Source: Prevotellaceae bacterium
GTDB taxonomy: Bacteria > Bacteroidota > Bacteroidia > Bacteroidales > UBA932
Length of the DNA stretch: 61,279 nt
Reading direction: 5' to 3'
Assembly: GCA_031257315.1 (NCBI GenBank)
Contig: JAIROW010000035.1
Span: 1-61,279 of the forward strand
Within the stretch, counting starts at the first letter, position 1. Each line of letters starts with the position of its first letter. Positions 38,092-47,731 of this stretch are shown here, piece by piece. The notes under the pieces are model-generated. The model was not told the origin of the DNA. It searched no databases and saw only the letters and a list, made by a program, of their open reading frames with translations. Made by a program: the position numbers and the translations under genes.

Positions 38092-38529
38092 ATGAAGAAT
38101 ATAAAAACAAGTTTATGGCTTTTGCCTGTTGCGTTCTTTGCAGTATCATGCACGCAAAAAGAAGGAGCAGTATATGAAAACCCTGAAAACAAAATATTTG
38201 TAAGCCTTGCTTCCGCCAAATATGCTGCCGAATTAACTCCCGACGACGGTAATCAGATTACTGTTCAGGTAAATCGCAACAGCGCAACAGGCGCTTTCGA
38301 TGCACCGTTCAGTTTCAAAAGCAGCTCGACGCTGTTTTCAATGGCTGATACTGTTGCTCATTTTGCCGACGGCAAAGCAATTACTCATCTTACCATTTCG
38401 CATCAAGGTTCGGAAAAGATGGTGAGTGGCAACACTGATACATTGACGGTGAAACTTGCCGATACAGATATGCTCTCGGTAGGGGGCATATCAACGCAAA
38501 CCCTGACAATCAGTCGCCGACAGGAATAA
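38092..38529 (+). CDS. Small PUL-associated lipoprotein
   Basis: Lipobox AVSCT, 145 aa, third gene of PUL-2. Confidence 0.6.
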   Translation: MKNIKTSLWLLPVAFFAVSCTQKEGAVYENPENKIFVSLASAKYAAELTPDDGNQITVQVNRNSATGAFDAPFSFKSSSTLFSMADTVAHFADGKAITHLTISHQGSEKMVSGNTDTLTVKLADTDMLSVGGISTQTLTISRRQE

Positions 38530-38551
38530 TTGACAATTGACAATTGACAAT
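38528..38551. repeat. Tandem 8-mer array (AATTGACA)x3
   Basis: Read directly. It begins on the stop codon of the preceding gene. Confidence 0.9.
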
Positions 38552-38586
38552 GGATAAAAGTTCGCCTGCTTTTATCAGTCATCTTT

Positions 38587-38615
38587 GTAGAGACGCCCAA
38601 TTTGGGCGTCTCTAC
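38587..38615. repeat. Perfect palindromic hairpin GTAGAGACGCCCAA-T-TTGGGCGTCTCTAC (GTAGAGACG...CGTCTCTAC family), a possible bidirectional terminator
   Basis: 14-bp arms. Related copies at 70-95 and (as an ACGTTGCATGCAACGT variant) at 46586-46612. Confidence 0.8.
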
Positions 38616-38671
38616 AATTGTTTTATAGCGTCTCTACGGTTATCAATTGACAATTATCAATTGTCAATTGA

Positions 38672-38946
38672 TAAAAGCTCGCCTGCTTTTTGAAAAAGCT
38701 CGCCTGCTTTTTTGTGAAAGCTCGCCTGCTTTTTTGAAAAAGCTCGCCTGCTTTTTTGAAAAAGCTCGCCTGCTTTTTTGTGAAAGCTCGCCTGCTTTTT
38801 TGTGAAAGCTCGCCTGCTTTTTTGTGAAAGCTCGCCTGCTTTTTTATGAAAGCTCGCCTGCTTTTTTGAAAAGCTCGCCTGTTTTTTTGAAAAGCTCGCC
38901 TGCTTTTTTGAAAAGCTCGCCTGCTTTTTTGTGAAAGCTCGCCTGC
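38672..38946. repeat. 13 head-to-tail copies of a 21-22-bp unit (GAAAAGCTCGCCTGCTTTTTTGT)
   Basis: GCTCGCCTG cores at 38677, 38698, 38720, 38742, 38764, 38786, 38808, 38830, 38852, 38873, 38894, 38915 and 38937. There are no spacers. Confidence 0.97.
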
Positions 38947-38994
38947 AATTAATCAGTCGCATGAATAGACAGAATTACATAATTTTCACAATTC

Positions 38995-39325
38995 ATGCGA
39001 ATCAGGGGTTTAAAACGTTTTTTTAGCCCGAATGGGCTTAATTTTCATAACCGCATACAAGCGAAGCGCAGTTTGCGGTAGTACAATCGTTCTCATCTTT
39101 GTCTGAAAGGCAAAACTTTAATGCTTTTGCGATAGAGTTCTGTCTTTCAGGCAGTCGGTTGTTGTCGTTTTTAGCCGCAGGCAACGCTATCGCTCGCCTG
39201 CGGTTATGAAGGTTCGGCTTTTTAAGCCGTGTCATGGCAGGGGCAAAGTCCGCAGGCAACGCTATCGCTCGCCTGCGGTTATGAAAATTTTGTCCCGCAG
39301 GGACATTTTTACTCCTGATTCGCAT
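38995..39325. mobile_element. MITE/REP-like palindromic element, copy 2 (331 bp, extra internal hairpin modules)
   Basis: Terminal inverted repeats ATGCGAATCAGGGGTTTAAAACG / reverse complement ATGCGAATCAGGAGTAAAAATG. Contains two CCGCAGGCAACGCTATCGCTCGCCTGCGGTTATGAA modules. Confidence 0.65.
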
Positions 39326-39352
39326 TAATAATTAATGTTTGCCGGCTTTGTT

Positions 39353-41896
39353 TTAATTTATTTTTATGCTTTTAATTTCGCCTTCATTAAGGATAAAATT
39401 CTTCAATTTCGCCTGGCGCCCGTCAGATAATTTAAATTTATTCAATGTGATATTTCCTTTTAATATCTGTAATTGTACGCCGTCTTTTTCCACCTTGCAT
39501 GTACCGTAAGAATAGCCGTTGCACCAGAAATATACGCCTTCTTTTGCAGTAAATTCCATGCTCTTTTCTATCCCTGAATAATGAAAGCCGGAAACAGCAA
39601 GTACGGATGACCAGGAAGCCATTGCACGGGAATAAAAATGCCCGTATTCGGGATCATCAAACGGATTTCTTTTAACTCCATCGAAGCGGTCGCGAATACT
39701 TTTAATACACTTTAATCCGTTATCCGTTTCGCCTGCATAAATCATTCCAATGGCTGCAACATATTCATATCCGGTCATAACTTCCGAGAAATAAGGGAAA
39801 GGAACCTGCAAGCGTCCCTTAGGCCAACTAGCCATGATTAATCCGGCCTCATCGCCCATTACATAAGATCTCATATTGTTGAATACGTTTGAGAAATCAG
39901 GCACATAATTATACTTCATAATTGTCTGATATGTTGTGCGAATATTTTCCGGTTTAGCAAGGTATCCGAGACCAAGTACGTGAGCCATATATTGACCGAC
40001 TAACTGGTCAACCAAGCATCCTTCTCCGAGCTGATAAACCGGATTTGTAACATCTTTTGCTCCCATTCCGATAATTAATGCCGGGTTAATATCATCGCGT
40101 GATTTAGGGGGCATAATTTTCTGAATATAATATTCTCCGTTGAACAGTTTTTCGTCCATAAAATTGCTTCCGCTTACGAATAAATCATGGCATTTTTTCT
40201 CGAATATTTTATCTTTCATTTCCTTTGCCATCTCTTCGCTGGATTTTAAAGCGCCAAGATACCAGAATTGCATTTGAGGGTTAGGCCCATAATATTCAAC
40301 GTCCATTGTATTGTGCTGGCAGCCTTCCATAACGCCGTCCTGATCGGCATCCCATCCGCCTTTTATCCATGCAAAAGAGATGGCTTTCTTTACATTTTCC
40401 CAGTTATTTGATAAAAATTGCTTGTCGCCGGAAAGGAGAAAGTCGCGGTAAAACCTCATGATCGTCCCCATTTGTCCGTCAGCGGCTGCGGCCTTCCATT
40501 CGCTCGCGGCTGAAAGTGGAAGTTTGGCGCGGAAACTCATAAGGCCGGTGGAGTCGAGCGCATAGTTAAATTCAACGTCGCGCATGGTCTTTGCCAGCTC
40601 GCCGAAAAGGAAGGAAGTCGCTGTCTCGTAGTTCCATACGTGAGTACATGTGCCGTAGCCTTTTCCTCTCGTCTTGTCGATTCCCTCCCAGCCCATGAGG
40701 TGGCCGGACTCTATCCTGAATACGTTCTGAGAGCGGAGGTGGGCAAGGGTAAACAATGCTGCTTCCTTGACCTCTGCGGGGTAGTCGCTTCGTATAAAGG
40801 CGTCGACAAACTCAAGCGTTTTTCTTTCCAATTCCGGGATTTTGGGCGCTTCCTGTTCCAAAACATTCCAGGCATCCTTATATATAGTGGTATAATAATT
40901 GCCTACTATGGCGTTGTTATTTGCCCAGGCGATCCTGTTGGGGAAATGCCATGCAAGATAAAATGTAAAAGTGGCAATCCCTCCTGCCGGAATGGTCTTT
41001 TTTACTGATAATGAAGCCATAGGATTGTCGTCTATGAGGCGATCTTTGTCGATAAGGAGACCGTCGTCGCTGAAATCGTCCCAGAAATTGAGCATCGCAT
41101 TGCTCCAATCGTCAATTATGGAGCTTCTTCGATATGTTACCTTGTCGTTTTCGATTGTGGTTAAGGCAATTGTGCCGTAGGCAGCGTCGTTTTTCGGGAC
41201 ACTGTCGCTTGTCATGTAAATACCTTTGAACAAAGCGTTTTCCCGGAAGGCGTTTATATTATTTTTTGGCTTTTTGTTAATGTCTTTTCCGATAAAATTG
41301 CGCATTGTACCGCAAACTGCTACCTCTGTCGGCACATTTGCATGGTTTGTTACCTCATATCGAAGAATGGCGATAGGTATTCCGCTGGCTGTGGCGTCGC
41401 CAGGAATGAAGGGGTTGAATGCTTTTATTTTTACACTTACCGGCAAGTTTTTATCGGATAAATTCACTTGACCGAAAGGATACGCAGCGTCAAATGATGC
41501 AGCCGAAAATCGCGGAAGACCATGATTATTTACCGGTACGCCGTCCGCATCAAGATATTCGCTTTCGTGAACAGGGCCGATGAGAGCTTTTGTTTCTGCC
41601 TTGAGTCCCTGAGGCTTAACATATATGGCAAAAAACGGCTCCTGGTTTTTCGGACGCAGCCCGTCGATGGTTTGTTGACCGATATTCGGCCTGTTCATGA
41701 TCGCCCAGTCGCGGAGTTCGCCTCTTCCGCCAAGCCCGACCGTGCCGGTGCCTATTCCTCCGATCGGGAGGGAAATGTTTAGCAGATGATTCTGGTCGTA
41801 ATGCTTCAAAACCGGCCATTGCGTTTGGGCGGAAATGGGAATAGCGGAAGAGAAGAAAAAGAATAATACGAGAATTAGTAAACGATTTTTAGACAT
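39353..41896 (-). CDS. Glycoside hydrolase family 116-like (GBA2-type beta-glucosidase / DUF608) secreted enzyme
   Basis: Signal peptide, N-terminal PIGGIGTGTVGLGGRGELRDWAIMN, and GYGTCTHVWNYE, typical of GH116 N-terminal and catalytic domains. Confidence 0.75.
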   Translation of the reverse strand: MSKNRLLILVLFFFFSSAIPISAQTQWPVLKHYDQNHLLNISLPIGGIGTGTVGLGGRGELRDWAIMNRPNIGQQTIDGLRPKNQEPFFAIYVKPQGLKAETKALIGPVHESEYLDADGVPVNNHGLPRFSAASFDAAYPFGQVNLSDKNLPVSVKIKAFNPFIPGDATASGIPIAILRYEVTNHANVPTEVAVCGTMRNFIGKDINKKPKNNINAFRENALFKGIYMTSDSVPKNDAAYGTIALTTIENDKVTYRRSSIIDDWSNAMLNFWDDFSDDGLLIDKDRLIDDNPMASLSVKKTIPAGGIATFTFYLAWHFPNRIAWANNNAIVGNYYTTIYKDAWNVLEQEAPKIPELERKTLEFVDAFIRSDYPAEVKEAALFTLAHLRSQNVFRIESGHLMGWEGIDKTRGKGYGTCTHVWNYETATSFLFGELAKTMRDVEFNYALDSTGLMSFRAKLPLSAASEWKAAAADGQMGTIMRFYRDFLLSGDKQFLSNNWENVKKAISFAWIKGGWDADQDGVMEGCQHNTMDVEYYGPNPQMQFWYLGALKSSEEMAKEMKDKIFEKKCHDLFVSGSNFMDEKLFNGEYYIQKIMPPKSRDDINPALIIGMGAKDVTNPVYQLGEGCLVDQLVGQYMAHVLGLGYLAKPENIRTTYQTIMKYNYVPDFSNVFNNMRSYVMGDEAGLIMASWPKGRLQVPFPYFSEVMTGYEYVAAIGMIYAGETDNGLKCIKSIRDRFDGVKRNPFDDPEYGHFYSRAMASWSSVLAVSGFHYSGIEKSMEFTAKEGVYFWCNGYSYGTCKVEKDGVQLQILKGNITLNKFKLSDGRQAKLKNFILNEGEIKSIKIN

Positions 41897-42482
41897 AATA
41901 TTAATTTTTTATTTTTTATTTCTACGACGCAAATATACACTTTTTTGCCTTCATACCGTAAAATTGAAATTTTAAAGAAAAATCAATCTGTATATCAATA
42001 AAATAAACAGTCCATTTTACAGAGTAAAACTAAAAAGATGCACAGTTTGTTGGCAAAAAATTAAAAATACGCAGTAAAATTGCCACCTGAATCCACAAAA
42101 AAATATATAGAAAATTGAAAAGTACTTTTCAAAGATAAATCGTCGAAAATTTGCTTTGCGGAGTGAGATTTTTGACGCAAAAATTCGTAAAAACTGCCAT
42201 TTGAAATAAAAAAATTTTTTTGCTTTTTCGTTGTACCGTCGGCATTGTCGTATTGTTTTTGTCGCAACTGATACAACTTTTTAACATCAGCTTAAATCGA
42301 CTGAAAATAAGTTTCAGGTTTATATGTTTCAGTTTTTTATTTGATGCGCAAATTTTTGACAGTTGATACCGATTTATACAGGATTTTTATTTTTAAGTGT
42401 GAATATCAAAAATTTCATGTATTTTTGCATTAAAATAAATTTAAAAATTTATTGAAAATCTATTGAAAATCTATTGTGAAAA

Positions 42483-42581
42483 ATGGATAATATTATAGAT
42501 AAAACAAAAAAAGCAGGAGAAAAGTTCAACGGATTACGCGGTTCGCCGCCCCGTAATTTTACGGAATTTTATTTTTTGTAA
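42483..42581 (+). CDS. Candidate 32-aa small ORF (MDNIIDKTKKAGEKFNGLRGSPPRNFTEFYFL) or sRNA upstream of the LytS/LytTR pair
   Basis: -7 box TAttTTTG at 42420-42427 and three 11-bp direct repeats at 42450-42482. A CCGTAA-ttt-TACGG hairpin plus T-run lies at the ORF 3' end. Too short for the ORF track. Confidence 0.25.
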   Translation: MDNIIDKTKKAGEKFNGLRGSPPRNFTEFYFL

Positions 42582-42594
42582 TATGTTTTAAAAT

Positions 42595-44562
42595 ATGTTG
42601 TGTAAAAAATTTTGTCTTGATAATATTTATTTTATCAGTTTTACTGCGTTTTTTTTATTGGGCGGATGCAGACATTCAGCCGATAATTTGCATTTATGCG
42701 ACAGTAAAGACACTGACAGTTTATTGTTTTACAAACAGATAGAACAAATTCCTTACCAGTTACTCAATGAAAACAAAATAGATTCAGCAATTTTAATCAC
42801 CCAGCAGATACTTGACTATTGCGAACAACATGAAAACAGCGGCGATGGAAACATCGATTCATTGAAAATTTCGGCAAACAATGCTATGGGATTTATATAC
42901 AATACCATTGACCAAAAAGACAAAGCTCTTGAATATTACCATGAAGCAGAGCATGTTATAAGACGTATCAACGACATGGAATGGTTGCAGAAAACATATT
43001 TGAACATTGCCGACACTTATTACGGAAAATGCGATTTTATGCAGACTGTCAATTATTACAGAAAGGCGCTATGGCTGTCGGATTCGCTGAATTTCAACAT
43101 GAACCGATCTTTTATCTATGTCGGTCTTGGAATAGTTTATGCCAATCTTAAAAATTATAAACTGTCCGATTATTATTATCAAATAGTTGAAAAACAGTTT
43201 GATTCGCTGAAAGGATATGTAAGAATTTATTTTTCAAACAACAGAGCAATTTATTATTATCAGACAAAAGAATACGACAAGGCGCTTGAATGGTTAAGAA
43301 AAGCAAAATATTTTCTCAGAGAATCGCCTAAGGATTTATTTATTGACGCACAAGTTGAATCAAATATTGGAGAAATGCTGTTGCTGTTGCATCAGCCCGA
43401 TTCTGCAAAAGTGCATCTGGACAGGGCTGCAAACATATTTCTCTCGCCGGACGCCGGTATCTCGGAAAAATTTTATATAAACGGACTGTATGCTTCCATG
43501 TATCTGGAAAAAAACAATTTGAAAGAAGCGGAAAAACTGCTGACAGCCAGTTATCCGACAGATGAAATCTATCCTAACTATCTGTACTACAATAATGAAC
43601 GGCTGGCAACGCTGTATGCAAAAAAAGGCGATTACAGGAAAGCATACGAATATCGCACCAAAACCAATTTCTATAACGATTCTGTTTTAAGCAATGCTAC
43701 ACAAAACAATATTGCTGAAATCGAAATACGTTACAGCAGGGATACTTCAATTTTAAGACGCGATATACTTGTTGCACAGCGCAATAGGGAACTGGCTGAA
43801 CTGAAACATTTTAATACTGTCATCTACATTTCCGGACTTGGCTCTCTGACTGTTGTCGCCATTTTTCTGCTGTACTACAAACAGAAAAGAAATCTGCAAT
43901 TTGCACGTCAAATTGCTACAATTGCCGGTTTGCGCATGGAAAACGTCAGAAACCGCATCTCGCCACATTTCACATTCAACGCACTCAACGCCGTTTTGCC
44001 CGCCCTGCAACACTACAACGAACTGGCGCAGCCGTTGCAGTTGCTTGTACAGTCTATCCGCAGTAATTTGATGGTATCGGAAAAAATATCCATACCGTTG
44101 AGCCATGAAATAGAAATGGTACGAAATTTTATCAGTTTATATGAAAGTACAGGTTTAAGACGGGCAAATGTGCGCTGGCTCATATCTGAAAATGTCGATA
44201 TGAATATCCAGATACCGTCAATGAGTATCCAGATACCGGTAGAAAATGCCTTAAAATACGCTTTTACAGACATTGATACAGACAATTGCGTATCCATAAA
44301 AATTGACAGAAACAGGGAAAAGGAATATATAAAAATAGAAATTGAAGATAACGGCGTTGGACTTGGAAACGTCGCCAGTTCCGCAAGCTCGAAAGGCACT
44401 GGTCACGGATTGAAAATTCTGTATAAAACAATTGAACTTTTGAATACAAAAAACGCACATAAACTTTTGTTTTCCATTTGTAACGCAGGCAACGCCGATT
44501 CCGAAAAAAAAGGAACCATCGTAACGCTTAGCGTCCCAATTCATTTTAAATATGTTGTTTAA
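42595..44562 (+). CDS. Sensor histidine kinase, LytS/YehU-type (His_kinase PF06580-like) with extracytoplasmic TPR region
   Basis: TPR-like repeats, one TM helix (VIYISGLGSLTVVAIFLLY), then RISPHFTFNALN and an ATPase G-box (GTGHGL). Confidence 0.85.
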   Translation: MLCKKFCLDNIYFISFTAFFLLGGCRHSADNLHLCDSKDTDSLLFYKQIEQIPYQLLNENKIDSAILITQQILDYCEQHENSGDGNIDSLKISANNAMGFIYNTIDQKDKALEYYHEAEHVIRRINDMEWLQKTYLNIADTYYGKCDFMQTVNYYRKALWLSDSLNFNMNRSFIYVGLGIVYANLKNYKLSDYYYQIVEKQFDSLKGYVRIYFSNNRAIYYYQTKEYDKALEWLRKAKYFLRESPKDLFIDAQVESNIGEMLLLLHQPDSAKVHLDRAANIFLSPDAGISEKFYINGLYASMYLEKNNLKEAEKLLTASYPTDEIYPNYLYYNNERLATLYAKKGDYRKAYEYRTKTNFYNDSVLSNATQNNIAEIEIRYSRDTSILRRDILVAQRNRELAELKHFNTVIYISGLGSLTVVAIFLLYYKQKRNLQFARQIATIAGLRMENVRNRISPHFTFNALNAVLPALQHYNELAQPLQLLVQSIRSNLMVSEKISIPLSHEIEMVRNFISLYESTGLRRANVRWLISENVDMNIQIPSMSIQIPVENALKYAFTDIDTDNCVSIKIDRNREKEYIKIEIEDNGVGLGNVASSASSKGTGHGLKILYKTIELLNTKNAHKLLFSICNAGNADSEKKGTIVTLSVPIHFKYVV

Positions 44563-44576
44563 ATAATTCACACTGT

Positions 44577-45335
44577 ATGAAAAACACGATTACCACCATT
44601 ATTGTTGACGACCAGCCTGCCTGTATAGAATCGCTTTATACGGACTTGCAGCAATATCCAGAAATAGAAGTTATTGCAACTTTCGTTTCGGCAAAAAAGG
44701 CAAAAACGGCGATACTTAAACAGCAGCCTCAGTTGCTGTTTCTCGACATGGAAATGCCAGAAATGAGCGGGCTTGAACTCTTGCAGGAAACAGGTCATTC
44801 TCTACATTCCAACATTTGCGTAGTTTTTTACAGCGCTTACGACAAGTATCTGATTGACGCGCTGCGGATTTCAGCCTTCGACTATTTGCTGAAACCATAT
44901 TTGCCCAATGAACTGGAACAGATAGTTGAACGGGTAAAACACAAAATAAAAACAAACAATATTGATTTTGAGCAGTCGATTCGTAAATTATTATGGGAAG
45001 ACCATAAATTTGCAGTGCAGACTGCTACCGGTATTTTAATTCTTAAATGTGCAGATATTCTGTATTTTTGCTACGACAACGATTTGCGAAGCTGGCAAAT
45101 TATAAAAACCGACGGTAAAACACACCGATTTCGGACAGGAATTACAGCCGAAGAAATAATTAAAATTAACAGCGCCTTCTATCAGGTCAATCAAAACAAT
45201 ATCATAAATATTGACCATCTGGTTTCAATTGACAGTTCAATGCGCTGTATGTTTTTTCCACCGCGCAACGACCTGAATATTACAGTGTCGAGACGATATT
45301 TTTCGAGGCTGAAAGCGCATCTGGAAATCATTTGA
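44577..45335 (+). CDS. LytTR-family response regulator
   Basis: REC domain (IIVDDQP...LLFLDMEMPEMSGLELL) plus a C-terminal LytTR domain. Confidence 0.88.
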   Translation: MKNTITTIIVDDQPACIESLYTDLQQYPEIEVIATFVSAKKAKTAILKQQPQLLFLDMEMPEMSGLELLQETGHSLHSNICVVFYSAYDKYLIDALRISAFDYLLKPYLPNELEQIVERVKHKIKTNNIDFEQSIRKLLWEDHKFAVQTATGILILKCADILYFCYDNDLRSWQIIKTDGKTHRFRTGITAEEIIKINSAFYQVNQNNIINIDHLVSIDSSMRCMFFPPRNDLNITVSRRYFSRLKAHLEII

Positions 45336-45344
45336 AAAACACGG

Positions 45345-46508
45345 TTACGCCAGTCTCTCAATTCTGCTGCGTTCTGTCAGTTGCATGTTTTTAAAGTCAA
45401 TTCCAGAAAGCAGCAAGATACCGGGTCGCCTGTTTACGGAAAAACTTCCTAGTTCCGAATCCAGTTTCAGAGCCTGCGCTCCGTTCAGCGTAGCCCAGCG
45501 CAGTAAACTGTGCAAGCCGATTTGAGGAAAATGAGAGTTCAAAATTTTCAGTTCGTTCAGTATCGAAAGATTTGTATTAGAGGATAATCCGTCCGTTCCA
45601 ACGGCAACTTTCAGGTTGTTTTCCAGAAAAAGATTAATATCGGGCAAACGGTTTTCGATATAAAGATTTGAAGCAGGACAAAGTACAAAGGTCATTCTGT
45701 CTGTATTTATTTTTTTTAAATCATGTATGTTGACAAACGTATTATGTATCAGCAACAGGTCTGTTTCAAAAGCAATATATTCAACTGACCGTTGCATCGA
45801 ACTGTCATAACTGTAAATAAACAAATCAACATAATCGCCGAACAGATTTCTCATCTTTCCGCGCTTTGTTTCAAACAGTTCCATTTCGTCGAGACTTTCC
45901 ATGTTGTGAATACTGGCAATTCTGGCATTATTGCTTTCATTTACAGAGAGTAACAGCAGTTTTTCCGATAATGAATACGGAGCGTGAGGCGTTATTGATG
46001 CAGACAGTCCGTTCTGCTCGAATATTTTTTGCAGATTTTTTGCCCTGTCAATAATACCGTCAGCCTTATCGGGATTAAGTCCGAAAGTTTCTATAAATGA
46101 GCGATATGTCAGTCTGCTGTTTTTTTTAACCTCAATGCTTGCTTCGGTATTTGAAATATCGCCGACAGCGACAATTCCTTCATTTTCCATAAACTTGTCG
46201 GCGTCGCGCATTGCGCTGTAACGTTCATCGGGATTTATATTTCGATGTAACATGACATGTTTGCAAAAATCGCTCATGCCCTGATGTTCCGGTATAATTC
46301 CCTTCATGTTTGAAAGTTCGAGATGGCAATGAGCGTTGACAAGCCCCGGCATTATAATTCCGTTGTAAAATTCGACGCCGGCTTTTTCCGAAACTGTTCT
46401 GCCCGTCGAACTCAGCCCTGCAATTATTCCGTCGGAATCGACCTCAACAATTCCGTTTTTTATAAATTCGCTGCCTGTAAATACGTAATGTCCTGATATA
46501 TATCGCAT
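45345..46508 (-). CDS. Amidohydrolase-superfamily metal-dependent hydrolase (chlorohydrolase/deaminase-like)
   Basis: NAHCHLELS metal-binding motif, later HAPYS and GTDG/SSN motifs. Confidence 0.7.
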   Translation of the reverse strand: MRYISGHYVFTGSEFIKNGIVEVDSDGIIAGLSSTGRTVSEKAGVEFYNGIIMPGLVNAHCHLELSNMKGIIPEHQGMSDFCKHVMLHRNINPDERYSAMRDADKFMENEGIVAVGDISNTEASIEVKKNSRLTYRSFIETFGLNPDKADGIIDRAKNLQKIFEQNGLSASITPHAPYSLSEKLLLLSVNESNNARIASIHNMESLDEMELFETKRGKMRNLFGDYVDLFIYSYDSSMQRSVEYIAFETDLLLIHNTFVNIHDLKKINTDRMTFVLCPASNLYIENRLPDINLFLENNLKVAVGTDGLSSNTNLSILNELKILNSHFPQIGLHSLLRWATLNGAQALKLDSELGSFSVNRRPGILLLSGIDFKNMQLTERSRIERLA

Positions 46509-46685
46509 GATTTTAATAATGAATGATAAAGTTTATGTAAATTTACTGTCGCAACAATTGGCTGATTGATGTATAATTATGCCTTGTACAGACGTTGCAT
46601 GCAACGTCCCTGCTGTTTCTTCCGCAGGTCAACGACCTGAGGTTATGAAAATTCTGGTTTTCAGCCAGTTTGATGCTTTTGAATA

Positions 46686-47699
46686 TCATTTTTCATTCTT
46701 CATTGTCGAAAGCATTCCGCAGGCGGCAAAAATATCTTCGCCTCTCGATGCGCGTACAGTTGTCAGCAACCCTTTTGAGTTCAGAAAGTTTTTAAAAAAC
46801 TCAATATTTTTTTCGCTCGAAGGCTTCAAATCGCAGTCGGGTATTCTGTGAAAACGGATAAGATTTACTCTGTAACCGTTTCCCGCAATCATTTTCACAA
46901 GTGCCTTTGCATGTTTTTCAGTATCGTTTACGCCGTCGAACATGATATATTCAAAACTTATCCGTCGCTGATACCTGTCATTTTTGATGATTTTAAGTAT
47001 TTCAGAAACGGGATAAAATTTCTGCATCGGCACCAGCTTTTGTCTTTCGCTGTCAAACGGGCTGTGCAAACTGATTGCAAGACGGCATTTGCTTGACTGT
47101 AAGAATTTTACCAGCCCGTCCGTTATGCCCGTTGTCGAAACCGTTATCCGGTTGTAACTTTTGTTGTAACCATATTCAGAAGTCAGAATTTCCAGACTTT
47201 TAAGCACTTGGTCTATATTGTCCATCGGTTCGCCCATGCCCATATATACAATATTTGTAAGGCTGTTTTTTTCGGGCAGACTGTGAATTTGATTTAAAAT
47301 TTCGCCGGCAGTCAGATTGGCTTTAAGTCCCTGACGCGCAGTCATGCAGAAACGGCAAGCCATGCGACAGCCCGCCTGAGAGGAAATGCAGAGCGTTGAT
47401 CTTTCTGTTTCTGGAATATATACGGATTCAACGGAATATCCAGAATTTAGCGTATATAGATATTTTTTTGTACCGTCCGATGAAATTTGAACTTTTGCGG
47501 GGGAATATGTTCCGATTTCATATTCCGCAGATAAAATTTCACGCGCCTGTTTCGACAGATTTGTTATGTTCCCGATGCTGTCAACGTCTCTGCTGTAAAT
47601 CCATTCGGCAATCTGTTTTCCGTAAAACGAAGAAAATCCCTTTTTTTTAATGCAATCAACAAGTTCGTTCAATGTTTTTCCGAAAAGCGCCTCTTTCAT
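46686..47699 (-). CDS. rlmN: 23S rRNA/tRNA (adenine-C2)-methyltransferase RlmN (radical SAM)
   Basis: CISSQAGCRMACRFCMT (CxxxCxxC), MGMGEP, and a C-terminal AACGML. Confidence 0.9.
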   Translation of the reverse strand: MKEALFGKTLNELVDCIKKKGFSSFYGKQIAEWIYSRDVDSIGNITNLSKQAREILSAEYEIGTYSPAKVQISSDGTKKYLYTLNSGYSVESVYIPETERSTLCISSQAGCRMACRFCMTARQGLKANLTAGEILNQIHSLPEKNSLTNIVYMGMGEPMDNIDQVLKSLEILTSEYGYNKSYNRITVSTTGITDGLVKFLQSSKCRLAISLHSPFDSERQKLVPMQKFYPVSEILKIIKNDRYQRRISFEYIMFDGVNDTEKHAKALVKMIAGNGYRVNLIRFHRIPDCDLKPSSEKNIEFFKNFLNSKGLLTTVRASRGEDIFAACGMLSTMKNEK

Positions 47700-47731
47700 C
47701 TTTTATCTGTTTTCAAATGCGATAATAATTT

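Noticed and set aside
38657-38962. A 101-aa ORF (KKQASFSKKQASF...), and a possible CRISPR array.
   Set aside because: The ORF is merely the translation of the 21-22-bp tandem array. The units are contiguous with no unique spacers, and no cas genes are present, so this is not a CRISPR array.
39038-39325. A 95-aa ORF (…HNRRRAIALPA… twice).
   Set aside because: It lies wholly inside the MITE-like palindromic element. The repeated peptide is the translation of the GCAGGC..GCCTGC hairpin modules.
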